This document shows positions 61,935 to 64,000 of a DNA stretch of 64,000 nt, piece by piece. Both the position numbers and the translations under genes were made by a program. The stretch's first letter is position 1. Every line of letters starts with the position of its first letter. This stretch comes from Mobula hypostoma (lineage: Eukaryota). The notes under the pieces are model-generated. The model was not told the origin of the DNA. It ran no database searches and saw only the letters and a program-made list of their open reading frames with translations. The stretch covers positions 155,682,001-155,746,000 of the forward strand of contig NC_086098.1 in assembly GCF_963921235.1 (NCBI RefSeq), given 5' to 3'.

Positions 61935-64000
61935 CACGAGGGATGCTGGAAATTCAGGCAACACACATCAAAGTTGCTCGTGAACGTAGCAGGCCAGGCA
62001 GCATCTCTAGGAAGATCTACAGTCGACGTTTCGGGCCGAGACCCTTCGTCAGGACTAACTGAAAGAAGAGCTAGGAAGAGATTTGAAAGAGGGAGGAGGA
62101 GGGGGAGATCCAAAATGATAGGAGATGACTCCTTCTCCCGTCTTCAACCCTCCTCCTCTTCATGGACACCCCGTTCTGGTCTTCTGCCTGCTCTGGATAT
62201 CTTTATTGCTAACTGCCGACGGGACTTCACCGCACCTTGTTCCCATTCCAACCTCACTCCTTCCGAACGCTCTGCCCTCCGCTCCCTCCGCACTAATCCT
62301 AACCCTACTTTAAAATCCGCCGATAAGGGGGCTGCTGTTGTAGTCTGGCGTACTGACCTCTACCTTGCTGAGGCACAACGACAACTCGCGGATACCTCCT
62401 CTTATTTACCTCTCGATCGTGACCCCACTAAGGAGCACCAAGCCATTGTCTCCCACACCATCACCGACTTTATCTGCTCAGGGGATCTCCCATCCACTGC
62501 TACCAACCTTATAGTTCCCACGCCTCGCACTTTCCGTTTCTACCTCCTACCCAAGATCCACAAAACTGCCTGTCCTGACAGACCTATTGTCTCAGCTTGC
62601 TCCTGCCCCACCGAACTCGTTTCTGCATACCTTGACACTGTTTTATCACCCCTTGTTCAATCCCTTCCGACCTATGTTCGAGACACTTCTCACGCTCTTA
62701 AACTTCTCGATGATTTTAAGTTCCCTGGCCCCCACCGCTTTATTTTCACCATGGATGTCCAGTCCCTATATACTTCCATCGCCCATCAGGAAGGTCTCAA
62801 AGCTCTCCGCTTGTTTTTGGATTCCAGACCTAATCAGTTCCCCTCTACCACCACTCTGCTCCGTCTAGCGGAATTAGTCCTTACTCTTAATAATTTCTCC
62901 TTTTGCTCCTCCCATTTCCTCCAAACTAAAGGTGTTGCTATGGGCACCCGTATGGGTCCTAGCTATGCCTGCCTTTTTGTTGGCTTTGTGGAACAATTTA
63001 TGTTCCAAACGTATTCTGGTATCTACCCCCACTTTTCCTTCGCTACATCGACGACTACAATGGCGCTGCTTCCTGCACGCATGCTGAGCTCGTTGACTTC
63101 ATTAACTTTGCCTCCATCTTTCACCCTGCTCTCAAGTTTACCTGGTCCATTTCCAACTTCTCCCTCCCCTTTCTAGATCTTTCTGTCTCTATCTCTGGAG
63201 ACAGCTTATCCACTGATGTCTACTATAAGCCTACTGACTCTCACAGTTATCTGGACTATTCCTCTTCTCACCCTGTCTCTTGCAAAAATGCCATCCCCTT
63301 CTTGCAATTCCTCCGTCTGCGCCTCATCTGCTCTCAGGATGAGGCTTTTCATTCCAGGACGAGGGAGATGTCCTCCTTTTTTAAAGAAAGGGGCTTCCCT
63401 TCCTCTACTATCAACTCTGCTCTCAAACGCATCTCCCCCATTTCACGCACATCTGCTCTCACTCTATCCTCCCTCCACCCCACTAGGAATAGGGTTCCCC
63501 TGGTCCTCACCTACCACCCCACCAGCCTCCGGGTCCAACATATTATTCTCCGTAACTTCCGCCACCTCCAGAGGGATCCACCACTAAGCACATCATCCCC
63601 CCCCCCCCCCGCTTTCCGCAGGGATCTCCCCCTACGCGACCCCCTTGTCCATTCGTCCCCCCAATCCCTCCCCTCCGATCTCCCTCCTGGCATTTATCCT
63701 TGTAAGCGGAACAAGTGCTAAACATGCCCTTACACTTCCTCCCTTACTACCATTCAGGGCCCCAGACAGTCCTTCCAGGTGAGGCGACACTTCACCTGTG
63801 AGTCGGCTGGGGTGATATGCTGCGTCCCGCGCTCCCGATGCGGCCTTCTATATATTGGCGAGACCCGACGCAGACCGGGAGATCGTTTCGCTGAACACTT
63901 TCGCTCTGTCCGCCAGAGAAAGCAGGATCTCCCAGTGGCCACACATTTTAATTCCACGTCCCATTCCCATTCTGATATGTCTATCCACGGCCTCCTCTAC
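61935..64000 (+). mobile_element. Penelope-like element with 5' inverted pseudo-LTR (about 61935-62125), frameshifted; runs off the right edge
   Basis: RT (GVAMGTRMGPSYACLF) and GIY-YIG regions closely similar to 40490-43058. Confidence 0.9.
62021..62056 (-). ncRNA. Minimal hammerhead ribozyme motif
   Basis: Minus strand AGTC-CTGACGA-AGGGTCTCGGCCC-GAAA-CG-TC-GACT. Confidence 0.62.

Overview
Vertebrate genomic DNA from a cartilaginous fish, probably a batoid (inferred from gene organisation and repeat content). The window covers part of a tandem array of immunoglobulin light-chain (IgL) clusters, with leader-to-leader periods of 23.4 and 21.5 kb. Each unit has a minus-strand gene: octamer/decamer promoter, 49-nt leader exon, 124-nt intron, one already-joined V-J exon with no RSS, about 2.3-2.4 kb intron, C exon. 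Each unit also has an opposite-strand orphan pseudo-C exon of a different, sigma-like light-chain type. Cluster 1 has an intact L and VJ; its C lies off-window behind a CR1 insertion. Cluster 2 has an intact L and VJ but a 1-bp frameshift in C. Cluster 3 has an intact C but a mutated octamer, lost ATG, two stops and a frameshift in V. Most of the remaining sequence is retroelements: CR1 LINEs, a HERO-like RLE retrotransposon fused to a CR1 tail, Rex1/Babar, Penelope-like elements and short fold-back derivatives carrying minimal hammerhead ribozyme motifs, three solo LTRs, SINEs and hAT MITEs. There is a 160-N assembly gap. Isotype and repeat-family names come from remembered motif similarity, not from database searches. 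Repeat boundaries are approximate unless a TSD is cited.
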